Shown here piece after piece: positions 20,641-30,526 of a stretch of 64,000 bases of DNA. The translations under genes and the position numbers were made by a program. Every line of letters starts with the position of its first letter. Within the stretch, counting starts at the first letter, position 1. The notes beneath the pieces were generated by a model. It saw only the letters and a list, made by a program, of their open reading frames with translations. It was not told the DNA's origin and ran no database searches. Source of the stretch: a virus; the IMG/VR virus record IMGVR_UViG_3300048837_000975, positions 32,001 through 96,000 of that record; one strand, 5' to 3'.

Positions 20641-21107
20641 ATGTGTTCGCTGTAAATCTCGATCCAGTGCTCGCTGCTCGCGATTTGGCTAACCAGCATG
20701 TCGTGAAAATGCCGTTGGAAACCGCGCAGATGCTGTGCAGCGTGTCTGCACGCCACGGAAAGCCGGGTCCGTACAAGGCCGCCTACACGAAGCACCCGTG
20801 TACGCTGTGGGCTGGCGATAGTTACGAAAACTGGTACTGGCTAGTTCTTCACGGAATCGGCCTCTGCGAGGAGTACACCGCTCGCTACGGCAAGAGACAC
20901 GCTTCTCACGATGTGATCGAGTGGTGCCTAAGTGACGGGAGAATGCCAACCGATCACGGATTTACTCCATTCGCCCAGGCGATGCCTGATCAGTACAAGC
21001 GCACTGATGCAGTAGAGGCTTACCGCGCCTATTACATCGGCGAGAAGCTGAAGTTCGCCAAGTGGGAACCTCGCGCTAAGCGTCCCGACTGGGCAAATGG
21101 ATCCTAG
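20637..21107 (+). CDS. pyrimidine-dimer DNA glycosylase / DenV-related family protein
   Basis: MN.F....DP..AA..L...HVVKM.LE.AQML...HPCT.WA...EYT.RYGK.H...QAMPD.YK..DAV.AYR.YY. Confidence 0.8.
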   Translation: MNVFAVNLDPVLAARDLANQHVVKMPLETAQMLCSVSARHGKPGPYKAAYTKHPCTLWAGDSYENWYWLVLHGIGLCEEYTARYGKRHASHDVIEWCLSDGRMPTDHGFTPFAQAMPDQYKRTDAVEAYRAYYIGEKLKFAKWEPRAKRPDWANGS

Positions 21108-21303
21108 ACCACAGAAGCCGCGCAAGTACGTGGTTGTCTTTGACCATATATCAACGGTCAAGGCCGGGGACATGGTTGTGTGCCCGTCAAGTGGCTGCTG
21201 GATCGGTGTCGAAAAGGTCACAACCGACAGCGAAGGCAATATTGAGCTGACCTGGGTGGAAAGTCGCCCACCAGGATGCGACGGCTTCGTGGGAAGCCCG
21301 AAT

Positions 21304-21540
21304 CTAGAGCTGGCTGTCCGAAGACAGGCCCGATGAGGCGTCGGATACGCCCTGAGCGTACGCGTCCCCGATCGAGTCCTCTACCACTCTAGCCAAAGTT
21401 ACACGAAGACCTGCCATGATCTTGTTGATCTGGTCAGTCGTGTTCTGATCTGCCTTAGCAACAGCGTATCCCTGGCGCTGAGCTGCCTTGATCAGACTAG
21501 TTAAAAGCGAGTTGAACTTCTCTTCTTGCTCGTTAGACAT
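21304..21540 (-). CDS. small hypothetical protein, lone minus-strand gene next to the solitary CRISPR repeat
   Basis: AAAGGAAG SD; minus-strand promoter TTGACA-N17-TATGGT at 21670-21642. Confidence 0.6.
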   Translation of the reverse strand: MSNEQEEKFNSLLTSLIKAAQRQGYAVAKADQNTTDQINKIMAGLRVTLARVVEDSIGDAYAQGVSDASSGLSSDSQL

Positions 21541-21566
21541 TGTCCGGGCTTCCTTTGTTGTAGGGG

Positions 21567-21595
21567 TTGACTTTCTTAGCCATCAGCAGTATCCA
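21567..21595 (+). promoter_or_regulatory. sigma70-like promoter for the solitary repeat RNA
   Basis: TTGACT-N17-TATCCA, 6 nt before the ATTG at 21602. Confidence 0.55.
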
Positions 21596-21601
21596 GTATC
21601 C

Positions 21602-21621
21602 ATTGCGCTCCGAGGAGCGAC
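21602..21621 (+). CRISPR. solitary truncated CasPhi repeat (single repeat-guide unit)
   Basis: ATTGCGCTCCGAGGAGCGAC, 19/20 identical to the repeat core, with the change in the hairpin loop. Confidence 0.9.
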
Positions 21622-21714
21622 TAGGGCACCATATGTCAATGACCATACACTACAACATGTGCGGTGTCAATAAATTCTGTTGACTGTGTGTCAAGAACTT
21701 GGTACAAGTAGGCG

Positions 21715-22158
21715 ATGCGCGCTATCCGCCTGGTCCTCGGTCTGGCTCTAATTTCGCCGTTCGCTCTCGGTTGCTCCCTGCTAGGAGGGGTCGGCCCTGC
21801 TATTCCGACCATCGTTTCTGTTGTAAACGACGCGATGCTCATTCTGAAAACGATTGACGCGGCCGCTCAGGAGTACTTTCGCTCTCGAGAGGTGCCGGAA
21901 GATGTGCGAAAAGAGTACGTGCGAGCATACACGGCTGCTGTGGCAGCCCTGAACGCAGCAAATCACACCTTGCGAGGCGTCAAAAACATCGATCAGAAGG
22001 AGTACGACCGGGCTATTCAGGAGTTCCGTAGCGCATACGGTGGCCTTCGTGATTTCCTTGAGCAGTATGGTGTCATGCGCGACGACAAGATGTCTATCGG
22101 TGGAGACGAGGTGACTGTTCCTGTTCCCGAAGCCATCGAGTTCCGATTCGATGACTGA
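21715..22158 (+). CDS. lipoprotein
   Basis: signal peptide with ALGC lipobox; promoter TTGACT-N17-TACAAG-N6-ATG. Confidence 0.7.
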   Translation: MRAIRLVLGLALISPFALGCSLLGGVGPAIPTIVSVVNDAMLILKTIDAAAQEYFRSREVPEDVRKEYVRAYTAAVAALNAANHTLRGVKNIDQKEYDRAIQEFRSAYGGLRDFLEQYGVMRDDKMSIGGDEVTVPVPEAIEFRFDD

Positions 22159-22527
22159 TCCAATAGCCATCGCGGCAGGGTACGTCGCTGTAGCCGTCCT
22201 GCTGTCGTTAGTTGGTCGAATCTTTGAGCTTTTCCACTAGGTATGGTAGTCTCATGGAATGGGATCCATAGACCCGAGGCATGTTCCGTATCTAGCAGCC
22301 GCAATCGGAGCCACAGCTGCGATGCTCACTGGACGTGAGCGCACCAGAATCGACAATCTGTTGATTGGTGGTCTGTTCGCCGGATTCGCAGCGTACCGCG
22401 ATCCGCGAGCGACCCCAGGTTCAACGCTCGCCGTTGCCGCGATCGAGGGAATCATCTGGGGGGTAACCGACCGGATGGTTCCTGTGATTAAGGAAAAGAT
22501 CATGCCGAGCCACCCGCAGGTCTCTGC

Positions 22528-22923
22528 ATGACAGCCAAAATGACCCCAGGTCACGGGACGTGCGTTCGTCTCGAAGATCCGGAGTCTGGGTTGGACTTCT
22601 CCTGGACTGGAAAGTGTCCGATCCTTGGCGTTGGTGTGTTCGGTGACAGCTTCATCTATCTTCGGTGCGAATCTCACCGTGCGATCGTGGTGTTTAGGGA
22701 CAAGAACGACGCTCGGTGGACATACGAGGAGCACGTTTCCGGGGCCGGGCTCATGCCGTGTTACGAGGTGCGCTTTCTGATTGAAAGAGCAACAGAGCGC
22801 TTCCTGGAAACTAGACCGGCTCTTGACCTGGATCAGGGAGAGCATTCTGCCGAAACGGAATGTCACCGTCTCACAAGCGAGTCTGGCGACAGAACAAGGC
22901 TAACGTACCGCCCAGCGGGGTAA
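22528..22923 (+). CDS. hypothetical protein
   Basis: ORF in operon. Confidence 0.45.
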   Translation: MTAKMTPGHGTCVRLEDPESGLDFSWTGKCPILGVGVFGDSFIYLRCESHRAIVVFRDKNDARWTYEEHVSGAGLMPCYEVRFLIERATERFLETRPALDLDQGEHSAETECHRLTSESGDRTRLTYRPAG

Positions 22924-22926
22924 AAA

Positions 22927-23682
22927 ATGACACGAGAAAACGGCTGGTTACCTGATTTTGCTGACCGCCGAGACAAGCCACTGGCGGCCACCATCGAGAC
23001 CGAAGAGGAGTTCCCGGAGAGCTGCTCGCTGTCCATGCACGTTCCGTTCGTTCTGGACCAGGGCGGGCTCGGATCCTGCGTCGCTCACGCCGTTCTGTAC
23101 GCCACGATGGTAAACGATGCTGCGAACGGACGCCGAATCATGCCGTTCTCGAGGCTGTTCGCCTACTGGCACTCTCGGAACCAGCACGGAGACGCCAGCA
23201 AGAACACGGGGACCTATATCCGTACTCTGATCAAGGTACTGAATACGCTTGGGCGTCCGCCCGAGTCTGAGTGGACCTACGAAGGCGACCCAAAGAACGA
23301 CAAATTCACCAAGAAGCCACCGCTCACTGTGATGCTTTCGGCTTTCGACAGGAGAAAGGCAGACTACAGCCGAATTGATGCAGACGGAGAGGAGCGGATT
23401 CGCCAGATCAAAGCGTCAATCTGCAACAAGCGCCCGGTTGTGTTCGGAACTGGCATATCGTCTGAGTTCGCCGAGGGTAACACGCCGCCCGGAGGAGTCT
23501 GGCGCCTTCCGTCCTCTACCATTGGCGGGCACGCAATGTGCGCAGTCGGGTACAAGAAGACAGGTTTGGTGATTGTGAATTCATGGGGCCTGCTTTGGGG
23601 CGACAACATGGGGTACGCGACGCTCGACTGGGAATGGATCGCCGACCCGTCGACGCGCGACCTGTGGTCTATATCACTGTAA
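22927..23682 (+). CDS. papain-like (C1) cysteine peptidase
   Basis: DQG.LGSCVAHA; GGHAM..VGY; NSWG..WG..GY. Confidence 0.93.
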   Translation: MTRENGWLPDFADRRDKPLAATIETEEEFPESCSLSMHVPFVLDQGGLGSCVAHAVLYATMVNDAANGRRIMPFSRLFAYWHSRNQHGDASKNTGTYIRTLIKVLNTLGRPPESEWTYEGDPKNDKFTKKPPLTVMLSAFDRRKADYSRIDADGEERIRQIKASICNKRPVVFGTGISSEFAEGNTPPGGVWRLPSSTIGGHAMCAVGYKKTGLVIVNSWGLLWGDNMGYATLDWEWIADPSTRDLWSISL

Positions 23683-23729
23683 AATTATTCAGTTGACGCC
23701 AGGTTACAATCAGGGTATAAACGGTACTC

Positions 23730-24068
23730 ATGTGGTCCCGGTTTGTCCTGCTTTCCGCGCTAGCCGTTCCTTCTATCATAACGTGTCATCACGTGACGGT
23801 TGATCCGGATACGGTCGAGCCGAATCAGGTGGTTCCGGCGCCCCCATCTTCCGTAGCAACGGATCCGTGTTCACTAGCGTGCCGCAGACTGTATGACTTG
23901 AAGTGCCCAGAGTGGAAAGGATCGCCCGGGGGCGCATCCTGCTGGGATGTTTGCTTTTATACGGAGTCTAGCGGCATAGCGCATTTCTGCCCTGACGCTG
24001 TTGCGAAGATCAAGACCTGTGCCGAGCTTGATGAGGCTTTCTTGTCGTGCGAAAACACGGTGAAATAA
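23730..24068 (+). CDS. secreted Cys-rich protein
   Basis: signal peptide and multiple Cys; promoter TTGACG-N17-TATAAA at 23693-23721. Confidence 0.65.
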   Translation: MWSRFVLLSALAVPSIITCHHVTVDPDTVEPNQVVPAPPSSVATDPCSLACRRLYDLKCPEWKGSPGGASCWDVCFYTESSGIAHFCPDAVAKIKTCAELDEAFLSCENTVK

Positions 24069-24577
24069 CAGTCCTGGGCGTATGCCCGGGAATGAAGTCG
24101 CTCTCGTACTGCTGCGTCACGTGGGAACTCGGTGTTCCCGAGGGCGAGCTGATCGATTATGACGTTCTAAGGGGCTCGAAATGCTCACCTGACGATGATG
24201 AGGAGAGAATCCTGCGTCGAGCAAGGGCGCACATGCTTATTTTGTCTGTTGTTATTGAAAGACACGAGCCGGACCTGATTGCCATAGCCCCAGTTTCCAT
24301 CAAGGAGCCGCCGGAACGGACCGAGGCCGTAGCCTTCGAGCTGGGAAAGACCGCCGCGGACTACAAAGTGCCCGTTCTGGTCTGGTCGGACAAGCGCGAT
24401 CTCTTCGGATCGTTCCCTGTGGGCGCCGACTCGAAGGGAATTATTTTGCAACGTATTGAAAATGGCGTTCCCGGGTCACGGAACAGGGCGCTGGCGTGGT
24501 CGGCGATAGCGTCAATCGCCGGATTTGAACGCCTGGCAATGGCTAGCGGCGCCGCTGGTCTATTTGTGCAAGAATAG
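24047..24577 (+). CDS. RuvC Holliday-junction resolvase-like protein, catalytic acids substituted
   Basis: VLGVCPG (cf. ILGIDPG); ...RHEPDLIAIAP (cf. PD.VAIE); similar length. Confidence 0.55.
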   Translation: MRKHGEITVLGVCPGMKSLSYCCVTWELGVPEGELIDYDVLRGSKCSPDDDEERILRRARAHMLILSVVIERHEPDLIAIAPVSIKEPPERTEAVAFELGKTAADYKVPVLVWSDKRDLFGSFPVGADSKGIILQRIENGVPGSRNRALAWSAIASIAGFERLAMASGAAGLFVQE

Positions 24578-24828
24578 CGCTTGCGCCAACAGATCTATGG
24601 TGCTAGTTTCGTTTGAATGAGCAAGTGTGGCCCGTGTTCGTCGGTTGGTTCCTTCTATTCGCGGTATGAGAACGAGAGAGATCTCGGTCCGGTCTTTATT
24701 CGTGAAACCTGCGGAAGATTTCACGTACTAAAGCAACTATCCGACAATCCCGGATTGTTCGAGATCGTTGCGGACACTGGGACGAACCGCGAACTGGCCG
24801 AGGTGTTGGTCGATTACTTGACAGTTGC

Positions 24829-25335
24829 GTGAAAGATTTCGCTTGCCAACCGGTCTTGGTTGGTGTAGGTTCGCTTACCATGGTCGAAATTGTTTTTACG
24901 GTCATGCTCCTACTTTTGGGTGGAGCTGTTGGGTACGGAGCATACCAGCGACGGTCGAATTTGACCCTGTCGTCTGCCCTGAACGACGTGATGGACCGGT
25001 CGATTGGCCAGTCCATGCGCTACGAGGAGCAGGTTGCCAGCCTCAAGGCACAGGTATCCAACGAGATCCGGAAGCGAGAAGAGCTCTTCAAGTCGGTAGA
25101 CGACGCGGTCAACGAGACCCGCAGGTGGAGGGACCTCTATTTCGTGGAGGCCATGGAACACGGGAACGCCCAGGTGGCAATGATGAACGAAATCGCCCGC
25201 CTGTCGAAGCTGCTGTCTGCCAAGGGTGTCAACGTGAAGCTGAACCGTGGCATCGAAGCGGCGCTCAACGAGTTTCGTGAGCACCATCCTGTTACCCAGG
25301 AACAATACGCAGAAGCGAAGAAGAGCATAAAGTAA
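24829..25335 (+). CDS. N-terminally anchored coiled-coil membrane protein
   Basis: TM followed by helical region. Confidence 0.65.
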   Translation: MKDFACQPVLVGVGSLTMVEIVFTVMLLLLGGAVGYGAYQRRSNLTLSSALNDVMDRSIGQSMRYEEQVASLKAQVSNEIRKREELFKSVDDAVNETRRWRDLYFVEAMEHGNAQVAMMNEIARLSKLLSAKGVNVKLNRGIEAALNEFREHHPVTQEQYAEAKKSIK

Positions 25336-25542
25336 CATGGACCTGTTGAACTTCCTTACCATATCTTCCTCCATGCTTTTTGGAGGCGTTCTTGGGTACC
25401 ATATGTGCCATCGTCGCTACGAGAAGCAGGATTATGCTGATTTTCTGACAGCGAGAGAGTCTGAGCGCAAAAGAGCTATGCGCGAGGCTAGGGCTGTGGC
25501 CGACGGAAAACTGGTTCTTTTGAGCGCAAGAAAGGCTGCGAA

Positions 25543-26262
25543 GTGCCGACAATTCTAGGTAGAAATGACGATGAGGAGGTCACGCTAGATGGAGCCCTGG
25601 ACGGCTCCAGGGCTGGTCTCGATCGTCACAAGGTTTCAGACTCTATTTATCAACAAATGCAAGAGGAGCGGCTGGATTTCGGGCTCGCTCCCGACGGACT
25701 ACCGAGGCCAATCGTGAAATCAAACGGACTACCATTAGCTCCAGTACTTGATCCTAAAACTTTTGTTTGCATGGCGGACACGTCTGAATTCGTGATCCGA
25801 GATCGATGGGGCGAGGTGATTCTTCGCTTCACTCCGGATCAGGTTGAAAGGACCGAAGGGGGAGCTTACAGGGTCCTGCGCTCCGGTGTGGTCAAGCTAC
25901 TGCCGAGCCTCAACGACCGTGGTGCAGACATCGGAAACGACGATAAGTACCTCAAGGTAGAGCCGCTGCGTCCCCAGTGTCGCCACTACGCGCGTCAGAT
26001 GACCGACTTCGCGGACAACCCCGGCGCCCGCTTCGTGGAACGCGTGTGTACGGCTCGACGAGACTCCGGAGGAGAGTTCTTGTCCCTGCGAGATTCGTGC
26101 ATGTATGCTTGCGAACTTCGCACTCCGCGTCACTCAGTTTCAGAGAAAACCCTTGACGCCTTCGATGAGGAGAAGGTAAGGTTGGGTCGCGAGCGAGTTG
26201 AGGCAGAGGAACCTTTTGATGTTGATGCGGCTCTGACCGCTATCACCGAGGAGATCAAGTAA
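25543..26262 (+). CDS. hypothetical Cys-containing protein
   Basis: 239-aa ORF coupled to neighbours. Confidence 0.65.
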   Translation: MPTILGRNDDEEVTLDGALDGSRAGLDRHKVSDSIYQQMQEERLDFGLAPDGLPRPIVKSNGLPLAPVLDPKTFVCMADTSEFVIRDRWGEVILRFTPDQVERTEGGAYRVLRSGVVKLLPSLNDRGADIGNDDKYLKVEPLRPQCRHYARQMTDFADNPGARFVERVCTARRDSGGEFLSLRDSCMYACELRTPRHSVSEKTLDAFDEEKVRLGRERVEAEEPFDVDAALTAITEEIK

Positions 26263-26828
26263 TGTCCGAAGTTGAGTCAAATCCGTATGAGGCGATTGCT
26301 GAAGATGCAAAGAAAAACCTTCAGCGCGTCAAGGTGCTTGTTTCGTCTCTGACGGACAAGGCAAAGAACGGCGACCAGGCGGCGCTTCAGGAGGTGGTAG
26401 CCACTCTGCTGAAGGAGCAACTCACGGTCTACTCACTTCTGACCGATGTTGCTGGTCTCACGAAGGATCTAGACGAGGGCCTCACTGGCGTTGAGGAGTC
26501 GATTGATGCCATTGCAGAAGCTGGCGACGAGGAAGACGAAGAAGACGGCGAAGAAACTGACGAGGAAGAAGGAGACGAGGAAATGGTCGACGATGAAACT
26601 GGTGAGTCGCAGCTTGAGCCCCATCACGCAGAACCTCTGAAGTATCTGATTCAGGCGTTCATCACGTCACTGAATGCTGCGCTTGCTCAGCCCGGACTCG
26701 ATCCTCAGCAGAAGTCTTCCGTGGAAGAGCTTGTTCGCCTATGCGATGAGCAGGTGAAGTTCATTGATAACATCACCCTCGTTGATGACGACGAGGAAGA
26801 GGGCGAAGAAGAAGACGAAGAGGACTGA
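26262..26828 (+). CDS. highly acidic helical protein
   Basis: D/E tracts; GAGGAG SD. Confidence 0.75.
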   Translation: MSEVESNPYEAIAEDAKKNLQRVKVLVSSLTDKAKNGDQAALQEVVATLLKEQLTVYSLLTDVAGLTKDLDEGLTGVEESIDAIAEAGDEEDEEDGEETDEEEGDEEMVDDETGESQLEPHHAEPLKYLIQAFITSLNAALAQPGLDPQQKSSVEELVRLCDEQVKFIDNITLVDDDEEEGEEEDEED

Positions 26829-26830
26829 AA

Positions 26831-29452
26831 GTGGCTTCCGCACTAACAGACCAGCCGGATGTCCATCCTATTGACGAGCCCGTTGAACAGGATGGCGTCC
26901 GGCTCCGCAAGTGGGAACGAAAGATCCGAAAGGACGGAGCCGCGATCGTGGAAATAGAAGACAAAACCGAAGAGGAAAAGCCGCAAAAGCGCGGTCGCGG
27001 CCGTCCGCGCAAGAATCCAGATCAGAAGGCTGCGAAGCCGTCTAAACCGGCAAAGAAGGCTACGAAGCCAGCAAAAAACGCGATCAAGAAGATCGTGAAA
27101 CAGCCGGAACCGGAACCGAGCGATGAAGAAGAGGTAGAGGAAGAAAGCGAAGACGAGGAAGAGGAGTTTGACGCAGATGAGCAAGCGGAAAAGCTGCTTG
27201 ATCTTGTCGACTCTGTAACAAGCGGAGTGTCGCTTGTCCCAGGTCTTTCTGACGCTCCGGTTCAGCGCCAATCTGTTCCCACCATCGGCGGCGACTTTCG
27301 TGTTCTGGACGAAGAGGAGGCTCCAGATCTTTCCGACGGAAAGCCAAAGACGCTCGAGGATCTTGTTGCTAAGTTCCCGATCGGGGACGGGCAGCACTTC
27401 ATTCGCGTAAACCGCCGCAAGCCGCAGTCGTGGCACGGATACTCGTGTCACGGAATTCAGCGACCAATGCGAGATCCGCTATCCTACGAGCAATTCGTAG
27501 AGGAATACGGAGGCGGTGAGTACGCTCTTACGGTCATGGGTCCGCCTCGAAAAGGCGGAATCTACGATCCGTCCACCGGAAAGCTGCGTCCCAAGACGCT
27601 TACCGGCGAGATTGTCTTCACTGTCCCTTGGGATAGCGCCGGGTATGGCGGATACGCGCCGAATCCGGAATCTGCTTTGGTTGACGTAGAAACAGAAGAG
27701 GATACCGAAATGCGATTTTCAGGCGCACCTGCTGCGCGCGGGCCAGTGACGCCTGCTACCGCGGCTATGTTCAAGACACAGGTAGAAGCAGACGAGCGCC
27801 GCGAGGAGCGCCAAGAGCGTAGGGAGCGCGAGCGTAGCGCTGCCGAGGCTGCCGCAGTCTCTCCGGCGATCGAATCGCTTCGGGAGATGGGAAAGACAGC
27901 GATCGACGTTGCTCAGTCTCAGGCTGAACAGACCCGTCGAGAGGCTCAAGAGTCGATTCGGCGCGCACAAGAGCGCCAGGAAAAGCTAGAGGAACAGCTG
28001 CGCGAGACTCAGCGTGAATCTCGCGAACGTGAAGAAAGGCTTCGGGAGGAGATGCTAGGCAACAACAAGCTCGATTTTGGCGGTTTGGCATCCCTGATGG
28101 CGTCTATGCGCCCGAAGGAAGACAACACCGCAGTCCTGGCAGCGCTCGAATCTGCTCGCGCAGACGTTCAGCGCGTTCAAGATGCCGCACAACGCGAAAT
28201 GGACCGCGTTCTCCGTGCGCATACCGACGAGCGGCGCCTCTGGGACGATCGCGTCAAGGAGGAGCGAGAGCGAGCGGATCGACGACTTCGAGAGATCGAG
28301 GAGCTGGCTGACAAGCGCGTGGCCGAAGCCGAGCGCAGAGCCGAGCGCATGATCAAGGAGGTCCGAGAGGACGCAGATCGGCAGCTTCGCGCTACCGAGA
28401 CGATGTACAAGATTCAGCTCGACAACGCGGCGCAGAACCGCGATCGGGACCACCAGACTACGACCACGGCCTTCGAGTCTCGAATGCTGGCCGAGAAGGC
28501 TGCTCTTGAGGCACGAATCTCGATGCTCGAGATGGAAACGAAGCGCCAAACGAACGAGGCCGAGAAGTGGCGTCAAGAAGCCGAGAACAACAAGGATATT
28601 GTCAAGAAGATCCAGGAGTTTACCGGCGTTGCGGAGGCGCTTGGATTCCAGAAGGACGCTGGCGGATCTGGCGAGGACGATGACGACGAGGAGAAGCCGT
28701 TCAACTGGAGGGCGATTCTTGGTCAAGCGCTGATGCAGGGCGTTACCACTCTTCCTAGCATCATCTCGAATGCTGGAGAGGCAGCTGCCCGGCTGAAGGG
28801 CGCGCAATCGAGCCAGAGCCAGATGATGCAGCTCGCTCCTCCCTCCATGAGCCCCGCATCCCTCGCTTCGATGCCCACGATGCGAGCTATTCCCGGCGGA
28901 GACCTGCCCTTCGGAACCGAAGACGGCGGACCGATCGGAATGCCGTTCGATCATAGCATGGCGGTCCCGCTTCCTCCGCCTCCTCAGGTTCCGCGAGTCA
29001 GCCGACCGGTGCAGCACGTTCAGCAGATGGCACCCGCTCCGGTTCAGCAGACACAGGCGATCGTCCCGGTTCAGCAGTCTCAGGCGCCAATCCAGCAGGC
29101 AGCACCTGTGGCTCCTCAACCGTCACGAACGTCAAAACGACACCAGAAATCACAGCGAGCAAGTGAGCAGGTTCAGGAAGCCTCAGGTGGTGATGACATG
29201 ATCGGTGATGAGCAGATTCTCATGTTCCGTGGAGCCCTGGAAATGTCGATCTCTAACGGAGAAACTCCGGAACAGGTCGCCGAGGGACTGAAGAAGGAAT
29301 ACGGCCCGATGGTAGTCTCCATGGTCGCAGGATCCCTGACACCTGCCAGGGTGGCGAAGGCCGTCATGTCGGCTCCTGACGGTGCGTCAAGCGTGCTTGT
29401 TCAACCGGAAGGTCAAGCCTGGTTGACTAAGCTGCAGTCGCTTCTCTCCTGA
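26831..29452 (+). CDS. large protein with AT-hook-like motif, long coiled coil and Pro/Gln-rich linker
   Basis: KRGRGRPRK; about 280-aa E/R-rich coil. Confidence 0.75.
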   Translation: MASALTDQPDVHPIDEPVEQDGVRLRKWERKIRKDGAAIVEIEDKTEEEKPQKRGRGRPRKNPDQKAAKPSKPAKKATKPAKNAIKKIVKQPEPEPSDEEEVEEESEDEEEEFDADEQAEKLLDLVDSVTSGVSLVPGLSDAPVQRQSVPTIGGDFRVLDEEEAPDLSDGKPKTLEDLVAKFPIGDGQHFIRVNRRKPQSWHGYSCHGIQRPMRDPLSYEQFVEEYGGGEYALTVMGPPRKGGIYDPSTGKLRPKTLTGEIVFTVPWDSAGYGGYAPNPESALVDVETEEDTEMRFSGAPAARGPVTPATAAMFKTQVEADERREERQERRERERSAAEAAAVSPAIESLREMGKTAIDVAQSQAEQTRREAQESIRRAQERQEKLEEQLRETQRESREREERLREEMLGNNKLDFGGLASLMASMRPKEDNTAVLAALESARADVQRVQDAAQREMDRVLRAHTDERRLWDDRVKEERERADRRLREIEELADKRVAEAERRAERMIKEVREDADRQLRATETMYKIQLDNAAQNRDRDHQTTTTAFESRMLAEKAALEARISMLEMETKRQTNEAEKWRQEAENNKDIVKKIQEFTGVAEALGFQKDAGGSGEDDDDEEKPFNWRAILGQALMQGVTTLPSIISNAGEAAARLKGAQSSQSQMMQLAPPSMSPASLASMPTMRAIPGGDLPFGTEDGGPIGMPFDHSMAVPLPPPPQVPRVSRPVQHVQQMAPAPVQQTQAIVPVQQSQAPIQQAAPVAPQPSRTSKRHQKSQRASEQVQEASGGDDMIGDEQILMFRGALEMSISNGETPEQVAEGLKKEYGPMVVSMVAGSLTPARVAKAVMSAPDGASSVLVQPEGQAWLTKLQSLLS

Positions 29453-29499
29453 TACAAATTGTCTGCACATAGACAAGAAGTGTAGGCAGTTTGTAACAA

Positions 29500-29534
29500 T
29501 CGCCCGGCGCCTCTAAAAAGGGGTTGCCGGGCGA
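29500..29534 (+). terminator. GC-rich hairpin, probable terminator
   Basis: TCGCCCGGCGCCTCT-AAAA-AGGGGTTGCCGGGCGA; weak U tract. Confidence 0.5.
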
Positions 29535-29553
29535 ACCTGTTTGAGGTAGACCG

Positions 29554-30102
29554 TTGGGTATGAAGAGACTGCTGATCCTGCTCCTGGCTTTGTTCGCATG
29601 TACGCCTCAGACTCCTCCGTCGGTTCCCAATACGGAGCCGCCGAGCTTCCCCAGTGTGGCTGTGCGCGCCAGCAACGGGCAAGGTTTCTGTGGAGGTGTC
29701 TGGATCGCCAACGACCGGATTCTGACCGCCGCGCATTGCGCGAATGACCATATGTTAGCTGTGTATGAGAAGCAGCAGATTCTGGGTCGTGAGGTCTGGC
29801 GTGACGATATGTTTCTGGACCTGGCGGAGTACGCCACGGACAAGGCTAGCAGCCACTACGCGAAGGTTGGTGACGTTCCGAGTGTAGACAACAAGCTCAC
29901 GATCGTGATGGCGGACGGCGGAAGAATCGTCACATGGGTTGTCGGAATCGACTTGACCTGGAAGACTGCTCAGCTAAAGTGGATAGCACCGCGAGGCGCA
30001 AGCGGAAGCCCTGCATTCCACGAAGACGGAACTCTTGCTTGCATAATCACTAAGCAGCTGCCCAATAGGGGGTCGCTGTGTGACTTGTACCAGTTGAGGT
30101 AA
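29554..30102 (+). CDS. lipoprotein trypsin-like serine protease
   Basis: LFAC lipobox; CGG...LTAAHC; DLA; GASGSP. Confidence 0.85.
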   Translation: MGMKRLLILLLALFACTPQTPPSVPNTEPPSFPSVAVRASNGQGFCGGVWIANDRILTAAHCANDHMLAVYEKQQILGREVWRDDMFLDLAEYATDKASSHYAKVGDVPSVDNKLTIVMADGGRIVTWVVGIDLTWKTAQLKWIAPRGASGSPAFHEDGTLACIITKQLPNRGSLCDLYQLR

Positions 30103-30526
30103 CCTATGCTAGATATTCGAGTCGAGTGTCCAGAATGTTTTCAGAGCTTCGATGTTATCGAAGAGGACCCTGACAACGCGACATATGTTAACGAGTTCCT
30201 TCAGTCCGAAAGAGGTACTGGTTGCGCTCGAGAAATCGAGCAGGAGTTTCGAGATCTTGCGGAGCTTGCGTACGCTCAAGATCCGAAGCATACAGAGTAC
30301 CTGCTGACAAAACTCGGACTGCGAAAGATTCTGCGGTCTGTTGAGTTTATGTCGAGGAACCGATGAAGGAACAATGGGCTGTAGCTGTCGACATCATGTG
30401 TGTTCCTGCCTCAATGAAGCTAGCAAGCACGAACCTGGATAGCGGCAACTACGTTTTTGCATTCTTGCTTGTTGCGCTTTGCGTTTGGACATCGTATAGA
30501 TTGGCTGGACTCATCATTAAGTAAAC

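Noticed and set aside
25392-25406. 13/15 match to the solitary-repeat guide with a TTC flank
   Set aside because: Both mismatches are PAM-proximal and a match this short can arise by chance
28055-29119. Long minus-strand ORFs opposite coding genes (also 53726-54700 and 38284-39084)
   Set aside because: Antisense shadows caused by biased codon usage
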